Source: Octopus sinensis (lineage: Eukaryota). From it: DNA of 42,691 bases. Numbering within the stretch: position 1 is the first letter of the stretch; every line of letters starts with the position of its first letter. Positions 11,950-24,190 of this stretch are shown in pieces. The position numbers and the translations under genes were made by a program. The stretch lies in contig NW_021835147.1 in NCBI RefSeq assembly GCF_006345805.1, forward strand, positions 1 through 42,691. The letters are read 5' to 3'. The notes under the pieces were generated by a model. It was not told where the DNA came from. It ran no database searches and saw only the letters and a program-made list of their open reading frames with translations.

Positions 11950-12370
11950 GGATCTTTTTGGTTTGAATGGGAGTTTTTTCTAGCGGTGTCATATGAAATT
12001 GTCACCCATAATTATGACCCTAGTATCAATTTATTGCATTTCAATCTGTTTTAGGGTTAGGGTTAGTTAGAGTTAGGGGGAAGGGTATATTTTTTTCTTC
12101 AGAAATGTAAATAAACCCAATCTGTTTCTTAAACGAGGGACATATTCATACGGCACAGAATGTTTTTACCTCAATAGACGTCATTGATTGGTTGAAATTG
12201 CAAAAATTGAAGAAAAAAATCAACAAATATCTTACAAACTATAGAATTTTCTCAATAAAGCCAATAGAAAAAAATGTTTTATAAACATATTCTACCAGTA
12301 TACGAAGTTTAAAAGTGTTTAGTTACATGGAAATTATTTTAAAAAACTGCCGTTCAAACCGAAAAGATCC
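11950..12370. mobile_element. Merlin-like MITE (421 bp)
   Basis: 30-bp TIRs GGATCTTTTYGGTTTGAAYGGSAGTTTTTT (3 mismatches) that begin with GG. Exact 8-bp TSD GAAAGGAA at 11942-11949 and 12371-12378. Confidence 0.75.
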
Positions 12371-12834
12371 GAAAGGAATAATAAACTAATGAAAAAAAAA
12401 ATTGCAGTTTTAGAAAATAAAACTGTAACTCAATGAGAAACTAGAAAACTCAGATACAAAAGGGTATTACTTCTGCCACACCCTGTATACATAGTTACAG
12501 AAATAGACAGATAATTAGATAGACAAATAGGCAACTTGATGAATAGATAGATCGATTCAAATCTTGATAGGCAGAGAGATAGACAAGTATATAGGCAGAT
12601 AGCTTGGCACAGAGATAGTTAGATAGATAAATTAGATAGCTAAACCACTTGATAGACTTATGAATAGTTAGCTAGATAGAGGGAGCGAGACAGACAAATT
12701 GGTTACAAGCTAATTAAGTAGATTATATCTATGACTTGATAGTTTAATATGCTACAAAATATATAGATAGATTAGTGTTCCACAATTTTTTTCCACTTGT
12801 GGTACATTTATATTCTTTTCAAAATTCTGCAGGC

Positions 12835-12916
12835 GCAGGAGTGGCTGTGTGGTAAGTAGCTTGCTTACCAACCATGTGGTTGGTAAGCAAGCTGCTTACC
12901 ACACAGCCACTCCTGC
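12835..12916. repeat. 82-nt hairpin formed by two head-to-head SINE 5' ends
   Basis: 40-bp arms with 1 mismatch and a 2-nt loop: GCAGGAGTGGCTGTGTGGTAAGTAGCTTGCTTACCAACCA-TG-reverse complement. Confidence 0.85.
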
Positions 12917-13577
12917 ACCGATACAGATAAACAACTAGATAGAAAGGTAAGCAGGGAGATAAACAGATTTCTAGATGGGTAAATGGATAGTTAGGTAGAT
13001 GTATAGACAACTAACTGGATAACTAGTTTAATAGACAGACAGATAACAAGAGAAACACATATATACAACAACATAGAAAGATAGATAGAAGGATAGATAG
13101 ATAACTTTCTTTATTGGCCATGCAGGGCTGGACACAGAGGGGACATATATAAATGTAAAGGTTTTCTTTTTGAAGATGGAAAAGGAAAAAAGAAAAAAAA
13201 TAGGAAACAAATGTAAAATTTTGATCAAAAAAGGATCGGAAAAAAAAAAGCGATCAAAAGGGATCGTGTATCACAGAAAAAAAATAATGTCTTTTTCAAA
13301 GTATCAAACAAGATTAGGTTCATCCGTGAAAAGAAAAGCCTACAGAAAAGACCACGGTAACCTCAGGCAGGGAGGAAATAAACACATGAGAGCAAAGATA
13401 TTCAACTAGATATACAGACAAATAGACAATTAACTAGACAGACAACTACGTACATAGACAAGATACACAGCTAGACACCTTGACAGGTAGGTAGGTAACA
13501 GGATGACATAAATACAGGTAGCTAGAAATATAAATAAACAGAAAGATAGCTAGGCAGACAACTACATAGATAACAAG

Positions 13578-15011
13578 ATAGAAATATTGTGTACATTAAA
13601 ACACATCAAGAGGCTTCCAAATAGGAAAGCCTTGTGTTAGAAAGAGCAGTAGAAAACTCAACCCACTAATTAGGGATATACACCAAGAGGTTTCCAAATA
13701 GGAAAGCCTTGTGCTAGAAAGAGCAGTAGAAAACTCAAACCACTAATTAGGGATAATTTATCCTTAATTAGTGGTTTGAGTTTTCTACTGCTCTTTCTAG
13801 CACAAGTCATTCCTATTTGGAAGCCTCTTGATGTACATCCCCAATTAGTGGTTTGAGTTTTCTACTGCTCTTTCTAGCACAAGGCTTTCCTATTTGGAAG
13901 CCTCTTGATGTATATCCCCAATTAGTGGTTTGAGTTTTCTACTGCTCTTTCTAGCACAAGTCTTTCCTATTTGGAAGCCTCTTGGTGTATATCCCTAATT
14001 AGTGGTTTGAGTTTTCTACTGCTCTTTCTAGCACAAGTCTTTCCTATTTGGAAGCCTCTTGATGTATATCCCCAATTAGTGGTTTGAGTTTTCTACTGCT
14101 CTTTCTAGCACAAGTCTTTCCTATTTGGAAGCCTCTTGGTGTATATCCCCAATTAGTGGTTTGAGTTTTCTACTGCTCTTTCTAGCACAAGTCATTCCTA
14201 TTTGGAAGCCTCTTGGTGTATATCCTTCATTAGTGGTTTGAGTTTTCTACTGCTCTTTCTAGCACAAGTCTTTCCTATTTGGAAGCCTCTTGGTGTATAT
14301 CCCCAATTAGTGGTTTGAGTTTTCTACTGCTCTTTCTAGCACAAGTCATTCCTATTTGGAAGCCTCTTGGGTATATCCCCAATTAGTGGTTTGAGTTTTC
14401 TACTGCTCTTTCTAGCACAAGTCATTCCTATTTGGAAGCCTCTTGGTGTATATCCTTCATTAGTGGTTTGAGTTTTCTACTGCTCTTTCTAGCACAAGTC
14501 TTTCCTATTGGAAGCCTCTTGGGTATATCCCCAATTAGTGGTTTGAGTTTTCTACTGCTCTTTCTAGCACAAGTCATTCCTATTTGGAAGCCTCTTGGTG
14601 TATATCCTTCATTAGTGGTTTGAGTTTTCTACTGCTCTTTCTAGCACAAGTCTTTCCTATTTGGAAGCCTCTTGGTGTATATCCCCAATTAGTGGTTTGA
14701 GTTTTCTACTGCTCTTTCTAGCACAAGTCATTCCTATTTGGAAGCCTCTTGGTGTATATCCTTCATTAGTGGTTTGAGTTTTCTACTGCTCTTTCTAGCA
14801 CAAGGCTTTCCTATTTGGAAGCCTCTTGATGTATATCCCCAATTAGTGGTTTGAGTTTTCTACTGCTCTTTCTAGCACAAGACTTTCCTATTTGGAAGCC
14901 TCTTGATGTATATCCCCAATTAGTGGTTTGAGTTTTCTACTGCTCTTTCTAGCACAAGACTTTCCTATTTGGAAGCCTCTTGATGTGTTTTAATGTACAC
15001 AATATTTCTAT
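13578..15011. mobile_element. Foldback-type element: inverted arms made of 77-bp tandem units (2 left, 16 right)
   Basis: Identical unique ends ATAGAAATATTGTGTACATTAAAACAC in inverted orientation at 13578 and 15011. The AATTAGTGG anchor recurs every 77 bp from 13766 to 14918. The centre of symmetry is at 13757 with a 1-nt spacer. Confidence 0.75.
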
Positions 15012-15119
15012 GAGAATAATATATAGTCTATTGACTAATTCTTTTTTTATGCTAGGCTACTGGTAATAATAATTTATATAATTCTTATTACCCTAATGTT
15101 ATTTATTATGGTTAGATAA

Positions 15120-15677
15120 CAAGATATATATATATACATTGAATGATAACTAGATAGACACAAAGACAGAGTTAAAACTGACAGAGATTTGGATAGATAG
15201 ATTGCTAGACACATAGACAACTAGACAGGCAGACAATCAGGCAGATATAAATAGATAGATAGATACACAGAAAGGCACTGCAAAATAAGATAACAGATAG
15301 ATAGATAGATGAATGTATTGATATAGAAATAACTTGATAGATAGAGTGAAAGATAGATACCTAGGTAGCTAACTTGATACTTAACTCAAAAGATAGACAG
15401 ATCAGCAGGGTGGATAGATAAGCAAGGCGGATAGATAAGCAGAGTGGATAGATAAGCAGGGTGGATAGATAAGCAGGGTGGATAGATAAGCAAGATGGAA
15501 AGATAGATAGATAAGACAGATAAGACATATATATATATATATATATATAGATAGATAGATAATTAAGATAGATACATAGATAGATAGAGAAGATAGATAG
15601 ATAGAGAAGATAGATAGATAGAGAAGATAGATAGATAGATAGATAGATAGAGAAGATAGATAGATAGATAGATAGAG

Positions 15678-15716
<39 letters not shown>

Positions 15717-15930
15717 GCAAGGTGGATAGATAGATAAGATAAACAAATAGATAGATAGAAGGATGGATGGGTAAGAAGGGTAGATAGATAAGCTGGGTGG
15801 ACATATAAGCAGGATAGATAGATTAGCAGGATAGACAGATTAGCAGGATAGACAGATTGGTAGGGTAGATAAATTGGTAGGGTAGATAAATAAGTAGGGT
15901 AGATAGGTAGACATAAAGCAGATGGAAAAA
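15120..15930. repeat. Degenerate (GATA)n-based field
   Basis: Direct reading. Confidence 0.9.
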
Positions 15931-16056
15931 ATGTAGATTATTGAAGGACGAAGCAGGCGCTTTGTTTGTTGATCGTTCCATTGGTAATATTGTGGAGATC
16001 AATTCCTCAGCGGACATTACAAAGGAAAGAAAGGCGATATATCGACATCATCATCT

Positions 16057-16490
16057 CAGAATCTATTTCTTTGCTACCCACAAGGGGCTAAACACAGAGG
16101 GGACAAACAAGGACAGACAAATGGATTAAGTCGATTATATCAACCCCAGTGCGTAACTGGTACTTAATTTATCGACCTCAAAAGGATGAAAGGCAAAGTC
16201 GACCTCGGCGGAATTTGAACTCAGAACATAACGGCAGATGAAATACTTATTTCTTTACTAACCACGAGGGGCTAAACACAGAGGGGACAAACAAGGACAG
16301 ACAGATGGATTCAGTCGATTATATAGACCCCAGTGCATAACTGGTTCTTATTTAATCGACCCCGAAAGGATGAAAAGCAAAGTCGACCTTGGCGGAATTT
16401 AAACTCAGAACGTAACGGCAGACAAAATACCGCTAAGCATTTCGCCCAGCATGCTAACGATTCTGCCAGTTTACTGCCTTATGTTTCCCA
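16057..16490 (-). mobile_element. SINE (CTTTGCCTTTCATCC family), dimeric form
   Basis: Two ATTTCTTT.CTA.CCAC.AGGGGCTAAACAC blocks about 190 bp apart. Homologous to 19960-20175 and 21985-22220. Confidence 0.7.
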
Positions 16491-16713
16491 GTGGACTGGA
16501 GCAATGTGAAATGAAGTTATTTGCTCAGGAACACAAAGCGTCGCCCGGTCCAGGAATCAAAACCACAATCTTATGATCATAATGCTGACACCCTAACCAC
16601 AAAGCCACGTGCCTCCATCAACATTTCAGAATCATTACCTATCACCCCCCCCCCCACAAACAAACACACACTACGTACCATAACTTCTAAAGAAGAAAAC
16701 TGAAAAATCTTAC

Positions 16714-16795
16714 CTGAATAGAAAAAGAAGTAGAAAATCTTGATGGGTAGTAGAATTTTGTTGATGGTGATCTGGCATTCTTGTTTCCTGACCAT
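16714..16795 (-). CDS. MFSD6-like MFS transporter, first coding exon (MVRKQECQITINKILLPIKIFYFFFYS+G)
   Basis: ATG at 16795. 27 codons plus 1 nt end at TCAG|GTAAGA (phase 1). The I-N-x-x-L-L-x-x-K-x-F-Y-F-F-F-Y-S motif resembles the MFSD6 N-terminus as I recall it. It splices in frame to CAG|CC at 8694 to give FYFFFYSAIGFLLPFIPLYMKKLGLS. An upstream acceptor (pyrimidine tract plus TAG| at 16811) suggests a further 5' exon. Confidence 0.85.
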
Positions 16796-17741
16796 TGTCA
16801 CCACGATGAGGCTATGAATTAGAGTGGGGAAAGTGGTGGGTGTTAAGGGTTAGGGGTTTGGTGTTGAAAGGTTTGTAAAGGTGGGGAAGGTAGTAAGGGT
16901 TAGAGGAGGGTACAATGGTAGTTACTACATTGAGGTTTGAGATGAAAATGTGCATGTGTATATATATATATATATATATACATGCATACATATATTGGTA
17001 TATGTATATGTGTATATATATACGTGTGTGTGTATATGTGTGTATATATAAATATTTACGAGTGTATATATAGATATTTATGTGTGTGCATCTGTATATA
17101 TATGTGTGTGTGTATATCTATGTATTTATGAGTATATGCGTGTGTGTGTGTGTATATGGATAGGAGGAAGTTGGAAAGTTTTGATTGGGGAAACTAGTGA
17201 TGGTGTGAGTGGGGGTGAAATGAAGATAGTTACAATGGAGGTGTTTTACAGGTGAAAATGAATGGACAACAACAAGCTGATCAGCTCATACAGTGCTGCT
17301 ACCTATGTCCAGTGTCAGTGCCATGGCAACAAACTGCTTCTCTTTTCATCTAACCTTACCAAATTCTCCAAAATATCCGTTTCAACAACAACAACAACAA
17401 CGAACTCTGATAATCGATGCTTACAAACTACCACTCTTACTGCCACCCTTACTATAGCAGTACTACCACTGAGAATAAAAGTGGAGAATGGGGTGGAAAT
17501 GGGTTGGTGGGTGGGTGGGCAGGAGAAAATGTGAATTGAGAAAGAAAAACACAACCCCACCAAAAAATTCAAACTTTGAAATTCTGCAAGAAATTTGTAT
17601 TGGAAGTGGTGGTGGTGGTGGGGTGATGGGGTGGTTGTGGTGGTGGTGGTAGGGTGGTGGTGGTGGTGGTGGTGGTGGTGGAAGAGAAGTAGTTAGGGAG
17701 GGGTTTGGATAAGGTAGTTGGTTGGTTGGTAGTGGGGAGGA

Positions 17742-17766
17742 GGGTGGGTTAAGGGTGGGATGGGGG
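17742..17766 (+). other. Canonical G-quadruplex-forming motif upstream of the MFSD6-like start exon
   Basis: GGG-T-GGG-TTAA-GGG-T-GGG-AT-GGGGG, next to a (GGT)n tract at about 17605-17680. Confidence 0.5.
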
Positions 17767-18186
17767 TATATGTTGAGCAGTGGTTGTTCACTATGGAAAA
17801 GGTTATTGTCTGTTCGGGTTTATCAATACATGATGTGTATGAAAAGAAAGGCAGGACCTGAAATGAAAGAGAGAAAGAGAGAGATAAAAAATGTAACAGA
17901 TGTAAGAGAGAAAAAAAATGCATGGATAAGAGAGATAGGAGGAGGAGGAGGAAGAAAAGAAATATCAAATATAAAAAAAAAAAGATAAATTCAAGCAATT
18001 TATACAATGAAACAAGTTCCTTAATTATCTCCTCGTTACATTTGTTCAATCTGTTACTCAACACCAACAATAACAAATATATAACAATTATGTAAGAATT
18101 CATAAAAAATAAAATTATTCTCATCATCATTAAAACATTGCGGGGGGGCCTTGTGCCAAAATTAGAGAAAGATTTCTATAATCATT

Positions 18187-18585
18187 AGGCGCAGGAGTGG
18201 CTGTGTGGTAAGTAGCTTGCTAACCAACCACATGGTTCCGGGTTCAGTCCCACTGCGTGGCATCTTGGGCAAGTGTCTTCTGCTATAGTCCCGGGCCGAC
18301 CAAACCCTTGTGAGTGGATTTGGTAGACGGAAACTGAAAGAAGCCTGTCGTATATATGTATATATATATGTACGTGTTTGTGTGTCTGTTTGTCCCCCTA
18401 GCATTGCTTGACAACCGATGCTGGTGTGTTTACGTCCCCGTCACTTAGCGGTTCGGCAAAAGAGACTGATAGAATAAGTACTGGGCTTACAAAGAATAAG
18501 TCCCGGGGTCGATTTGCTCGACTAAAGGCGGTGTCCAGCATGGTCGCAGTCAAATGAGTGAAACAAGTAAAAGAGTAAAGAGTAA
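18187..18585 (+). mobile_element. Full-length tRNA-derived SINE
   Basis: GGCGCAGGAGTGGCTGTGTGGTAAG head, GGTTCAGTCCC B box, internal microsatellite and (AAGAGT)n tail. Confidence 0.8.
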
Positions 18586-18778
18586 GAGTATTATAAATTT
18601 CCTTCTTATTGAAAATCTCTTAACAAAAAGGGGTGTTACATAAAGGTGACTAGATTGGAGGAGGGGTGGGGATAGCAGCGGGTGAGATTTATTTATATGG
18701 AGGATGAAAATTCAAACAAAAATCAATCAACTGAAATATAGAAGCAAAAGTAAACATGCAACATTATATATATATATA

Positions 18779-19177
18779 GGTGCAGGAGTGGCCGTGTGGT
18801 AAGTAGCTTGCTTACCAACCACATGGTTCTGAGTTCAATCCCACTGCATGGCTACTTGGGCAAGTGTCTTCTGCTATAACCTCAGGCCAACCAAAGCCCT
18901 GTGAGTGGATTTGGTAGACAGAAACTGGAAGAAGCCTGTCGTATATATGTGTATGTGTGTGTATATGTTTGTGTGTCTGTGTTTGTCTCCCCAACATCGC
19001 TTGACAACCGATGCTGGTGTGTTTATGTCCCTGTAACTTAGCGGTTCAGCAAAAGAGATCGATAGAATAAGTACTAGGCTCACAAAGAATAAGTCCTGGG
19101 GTTGATTTGCTCAACTAAAGGTGGTGCTCCAGCATAGCCACAATCAAATGACTGAAACAAGTAAAAGAGTAAAAGAC
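18779..19177 (+). mobile_element. Full-length tRNA-derived SINE, same family
   Basis: Colinear with 18187-18585. Confidence 0.8.
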
Positions 19178-19374
19178 ATATCATCATCATCATCATCATC
19201 GTTTAACGTCCGCTTTCCATGCGAGCATGGGTTGGACGATTTGACTGAGGTCTGGCGAACTAGATGGCTGCACCAGACTCCAATCTGATCTGGCAGAGTT
19301 TCTACAGCTGGATGCCCTTATTTCGTTTTTGGATTTGGTTTGCAAGATTCTTTATGTGAGTGTGTTCAAGCATT

Positions 19375-19635
19375 TTCTGTTGTTGTCTGGGGAGAGTCAT
19401 TTTCTTTTTGTGCCTTATAATGTAACACACTCACCAGTAAAATTTCCACTTTATTTTTCTAAAATTTTCGTTGTGTCTTGCAACCTTTCCAATAGTCTTA
19501 AAGACTACTGAAAAGGTTGCGAGATACAATGAAAATTTAAGGAAAATAAAAATAGGAAATAAGTGGAAATTTTACCAGTGAGTGTGTTAAATTATAAGGC
19601 ACAAAAAGAAAATGACTCTCTCCAGACACAACAGA

Positions 19636-19636
<1 letters not shown>
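19375..19636. repeat. Long palindrome (about 123/134-bp arms, 5-nt loop) abutting (TA)n
   Basis: TTCTGTTG...AATAGTC-TTAAA-GACTACTG...CAACAGAA. The arms pair with scattered mismatches and one insertion. Confidence 0.8.
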
Positions 19637-19673
<37 letters not shown>

Positions 19674-20960
19674 GCTTGCATGTGTATGGAGGGGAGAAAA
19701 TCAGGTGTAGTATTGAAGACTTTTAGTTGAACAAGATGATTCCAGGATTAATTTCTTAAACCCTGATACTTATTCTATCGGCTTCTTTTGCCAGAGTGGT
19801 AAGTTACAGGGACATGAACATACCAACACTGGTTTTCAAGCAGTGATGGGTGACAAGCACAGACACACACATTGATTTCCTTCAGTTTCTGGCAGCCAAA
19901 TCCACTCACAAGGCTTTGGTCAGCCCAAGGCTATAATAGAAGACACTTGCCCAAGATATCTGTTTCTTTATTACCCACAAGGGGCTAAACATAGAGGAGA
20001 CAAACAAGAACAGACAAATGGATTAAGTCGAGTACATTGACCCCAGTGCGTAACTGGTACTTAATTTATTGACCCCAAAAGGATGAAAGGCAAAATCGAC
20101 CTCGGCGGAATTTGAACTCAGAACGTAATGGCAGACGAAATACGGCTACGCATTTCACCCGGCATGCTAACGTTTCTGCCAGCTTGCCACCAAGATATGC
20201 AGTGGGACTGAACCTGGAACCATGTGGTTGGAAAGCAAGCTTCTTACCACTGAACTACAGCTATGATATGTTTCCACGTAATCTCTGTCTATAAAATTTG
20301 TTTAGAAGGAACTGGCCAGCTTGGAGCTATAACTGAAGACATTTATCCAAAGTGCTGAGCAGTAGGTTTGAACCCAAAACCACATGGTTATAAAATGAGC
20401 TTGTTAACCACACAGTCATGCATGCACCTACAAAGCCATGCCTTTGGCTATTTTGATTCAAGACTTTCTATTTTAGATTTGTGGTCATTAGTCATGGATG
20501 TTGAGAAAAGGTGGGGTGGTTTGTAGGGAGAGAGGAGAAAAGGGGGCAGCGGTTATAGGGATAGAGAGAGACTGGTGGTGGTGTGGTCACAAAGATAGTT
20601 GAGGTGGTGCTGGATTTGGAAAGGTGGTTGCGATACTGGTGAGAAATAAGAAAAGAATGAGAGAATTACTTTTCCAATATATGTCATTCTATGTGTGTGC
20701 GAATGTAGTATGTTTATGCAGAACAGTGTATGCGTATGTGTGAGAAAGCTCATGAATTTATGCAACAGCATTGTATGTGAACAGAACAATATATTGATTC
20801 ATTGATTGATTGACTTGTGAATTGTTCCAGTAATTAGCATCAAGACGCCATGGGTTTATTTTAAATGTCTTGGGAAACAAGGATTTCTAAAACCGCAGTA
20901 TACACGCTTTCTTCCAGGAATCAGATAGTTTAATTGATCCCAAAACATGACTGGTATTTC

Positions 20961-21427
20961 TAAGTTAAGTTAAGTTAAGTCAATTTTTTGGCTCAAAAAG
21001 CAAAAAGCAAGGCCATGTAGGGGGACATGGAGTTATGTACAGGGAGAGTGTTCATGCAAAGAATTCAGGTCATTTGTGGTCAAGGGAGACTTTGAACTGA
21101 GCGGTTGTCGGCATCTTCACTATCTTGTCCGGCAGCTTATTCCATGGATCCGCAACCCAGACGGAGAAAGCCCCGCTCCTTTGATTGAGATGAAATCATT
21201 GCAGATAGAGCTTTTCGGAGTGACCCCGCAGCCTACGCTCTGGAGCAGGAGTGAAGAACAGCTCTTTCAAGAGGTTACACTTTTTGCTTATGATGTTGTG
21301 AGCAAGAATGAGATCACCACGGCATCGTCGTTTTTCTAGAGAATAAAGGTCAACCGTCTTCAGCCTTTCTTCATAAGACAAATGCTTGAGACCAAGAACC
21401 ATGCGGGTAGCCAGCTTCTGGACTCTA
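20961..21427 (-). mobile_element. CR1-clade LINE 3' fragment, second copy
   Basis: Encodes MVLGLKHLSYEERLKTVDLYSLEKRRCRGDLI... with a (TTAAC)n tail. Colinear with 4541-5020. Confidence 0.85.
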
Positions 21428-21430
21428 GAT

Positions 21431-21572
21431 CAAGCATGGGCAATGTTTTCCGAAAAGTGGGCTGCGTGAGCCATGGATCATCATCAAATGGGCCACACTA
21501 CTAAAAACATCAAGGTAATTTTTTTGGTGTGCCACTTAGAAAGTCCTGCAGGCTGCAGTTCACCCATGATGG
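21431..21572. mobile_element. hAT-Charlie-like MITE (142 bp)
   Basis: Degenerate TIRs CAAGCATGGG / CCCATGATGG. The subterminal GCAGGCTGCAGTT resembles GCGGGCCGCAGTT. The 8-bp TSD CTCTAGAT / CTCCAGAT (7/8) fits the NTCTAGAN Charlie target. Confidence 0.65.
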
Positions 21573-22235
21573 CTCCAGATGCTTGCTGGGATAAACACAG
21601 AATGTATAAATTGTTAAATACCACAAGTTTGTTTGAAAAGTAACTGTAAAATTCTATTTTTATTCATCGAAATCAAATTTGATGACTGGCATCCGTGCTA
21701 GTGGAGCACTAAGAGCACCATCCAAGCGTGATCGTTGCCAGAGCGTGATCGTTGCCACCAATGTTATCCAAGAGATAGGCAAAGGCTGATGCAGCCTGGC
21801 ATCAGTGACACATTTGCAATGCATTTCTATAGATGAGTAAACTGGAACAACATAAAATAAAGTGTCTTGTTCAAGAACACAACACACACCCCAGCCAGGA
21901 ATCGAACTCACTATCTCATGATTGTGAGATTGATGCTCTAACCACTGAGCCATGTGCCTTCACACACACAGAAAGGTGGACAAAATGCCTATTTCTTTAC
22001 TACCCACAAGGTGCTAAACACAAAGAAGATAAACAAGGACAGACAAACGGATTAAGTCGATTACATTGACCCCAGTGCGTAACTGGTACTTAATTTATCA
22101 ACCCTGAAAGGATGAAAGGCAAAGTCAACCTCGGCGGAATTTGAACTCAGAACGTAACGGCAGATGAAATACTGCTAAGCATTTCGCCCAGTGTGCTAAT
22201 GATTCTGATGGCTCGCTGCCTTACAAAATCAATAC

Positions 22236-22475
22236 TCTTTACTCTCTTTTACTCTTTTACTTGTTTCAATCATTTGACTGCGGCCATGCTGGAGCACCAC
22301 CTTTAATCAAGCAACTCGACCCCAGGACTTATTCTTTGTAAGCCCAGTACTTATTCTATCGGTCTCTTTTGCCGAACCGCTAAGTGACGGGGACGTAAAC
22401 ACACCAGCATCAGTTGTCAAGCAATGCTAGGTGGACAAACACACACACACACATACGACAGGCTTCTTTCAGTTT
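22236..22475 (-). mobile_element. SINE 3' half (family of 18187)
   Basis: Inverted (ACTCTT)n tail and body. Confidence 0.7.
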
Positions 22476-23149
22476 CCGTCTACCATGGAATGAAAAATCT
22501 AATAATGAAAAATCTAATTTATAGGGATTATTATTAATAGTTTTTACCTTGATTTTAAATTTTCTTTGCCATCATTTGCAAGAAGAGATGAGCAGAGAGA
22601 TTGAACTCCGTGGAAGGATATTTATAGAATTGCAAACCTGTCCAACCCACATCAATGTACAACACTGGATCTAAACATTAACAATGAAGATATAACAAAA
22701 GCAGTTTTAACCAGAATCTTTTTCTCCTAATCAAAATACATCATTATGAAATAATAATAGTAATTATTTACCTCAGAATAACAAAACAAATAAAAAAAAA
22801 GGAGAAAAATTATTAAGTGTTTTGTTTTCCCATTTGCACTGTGGTGTATGTGTGGTGGTGGTGGGCATGGTGGGAGTGGTGGTAAATGATAGTTTGTTAT
22901 GAATTATCTTGAAATACACATTTCTTTCCCTTTCGCACCTCCTCGCTTTTTAATATGAACAAGAGCCGAAAGAAAGAAAAAGAAAAAAAACTGTCTGTCT
23001 GTTTGTCTTTTGTGTTCGAAGGTGAAAATAAGATCGCTTTTTCTATGATGAATGTCTCAACACGTTGAATTAGTTGTTTTGTCAGAGGAAGGGCTATACA
23101 AGGCGAGTTGTAGGAAGAGGAGAAAGAAGGACGACAGACACACGAAACA

Positions 23150-23182
<33 letters not shown>

Positions 23183-23435
23183 CATATATATACATACATA
23201 TATATATATACATATATATATACATACATATATATATACATACATATATACATATATACATACATATATATATACATACATATATACATACATATATATA
23301 TACATACATATATACATACATATATATATACATACATATATACATACATATATATATACATACATATATATATACATACATATATATATACATACATATA
23401 TACATACATATATATATACATATATATATACATAC

Positions 23436-23472
<37 letters not shown>

Positions 23473-24190
23473 CATATATATATACATACATATATATATA
23501 CATACATATATACATACATATATATATACAATATATACATATATATACATATATATATAATATACATATATATACATACATACATATATATACATATATA
23601 TATATACATAATATATATACATTATATATACATATATATATAATATATATATACATATATATATATATATACATACATACATATATACATTATATATATA
23701 TATACATATATATATATATACATTACATATATATATACATTACATATATATATACATTACATATATATATACATTACATATATATATACATTACATATAT
23801 ATATATATATATATACATATACACATATATATATACATATACACATATATATATATACATATACACATATATATATACATATACACACATATATATATAC
23901 ATATACACATATATATATACATATACACATATACATATACATATATACATATATATACATATACATATATATATACATATACATATATATATACATATAC
24001 ATATATATATACATACATATATATATACATATACACATATATATACATATACACATATATATACATATACACATATACATATATATATACATATACACAT
24101 ATACATATATACATACACACACACACATATATATATACATATATATACACACACAGATGCATACACAATACACAGATGACATACATATAT
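23150..24190. repeat. About 1-kb TA/CATA compound array with modular 14-20-bp higher-order units
   Basis: Blocks of TATATATACATACA, TATATATACATTACA and TATATATATACATATACACA. Confidence 0.95.

Noticed and set aside
12053-12078. Telomere or chromosome-fusion site
   Set aside because: Only a few degenerate TTAGGG units, lying inside a TSD-flanked MITE.
13766-14990. Regular 77-bp repeats as a CRISPR array
   Set aside because: The units are contiguous with no unique spacers, there are no cas genes, and the context is eukaryotic.
18187-18265. tRNA genes at SINE heads (also about 555-626, 11810-11888, 25510-25585)
   Set aside because: A and B boxes are present, but they run straight into SINE bodies and I could not build complete cloverleafs.
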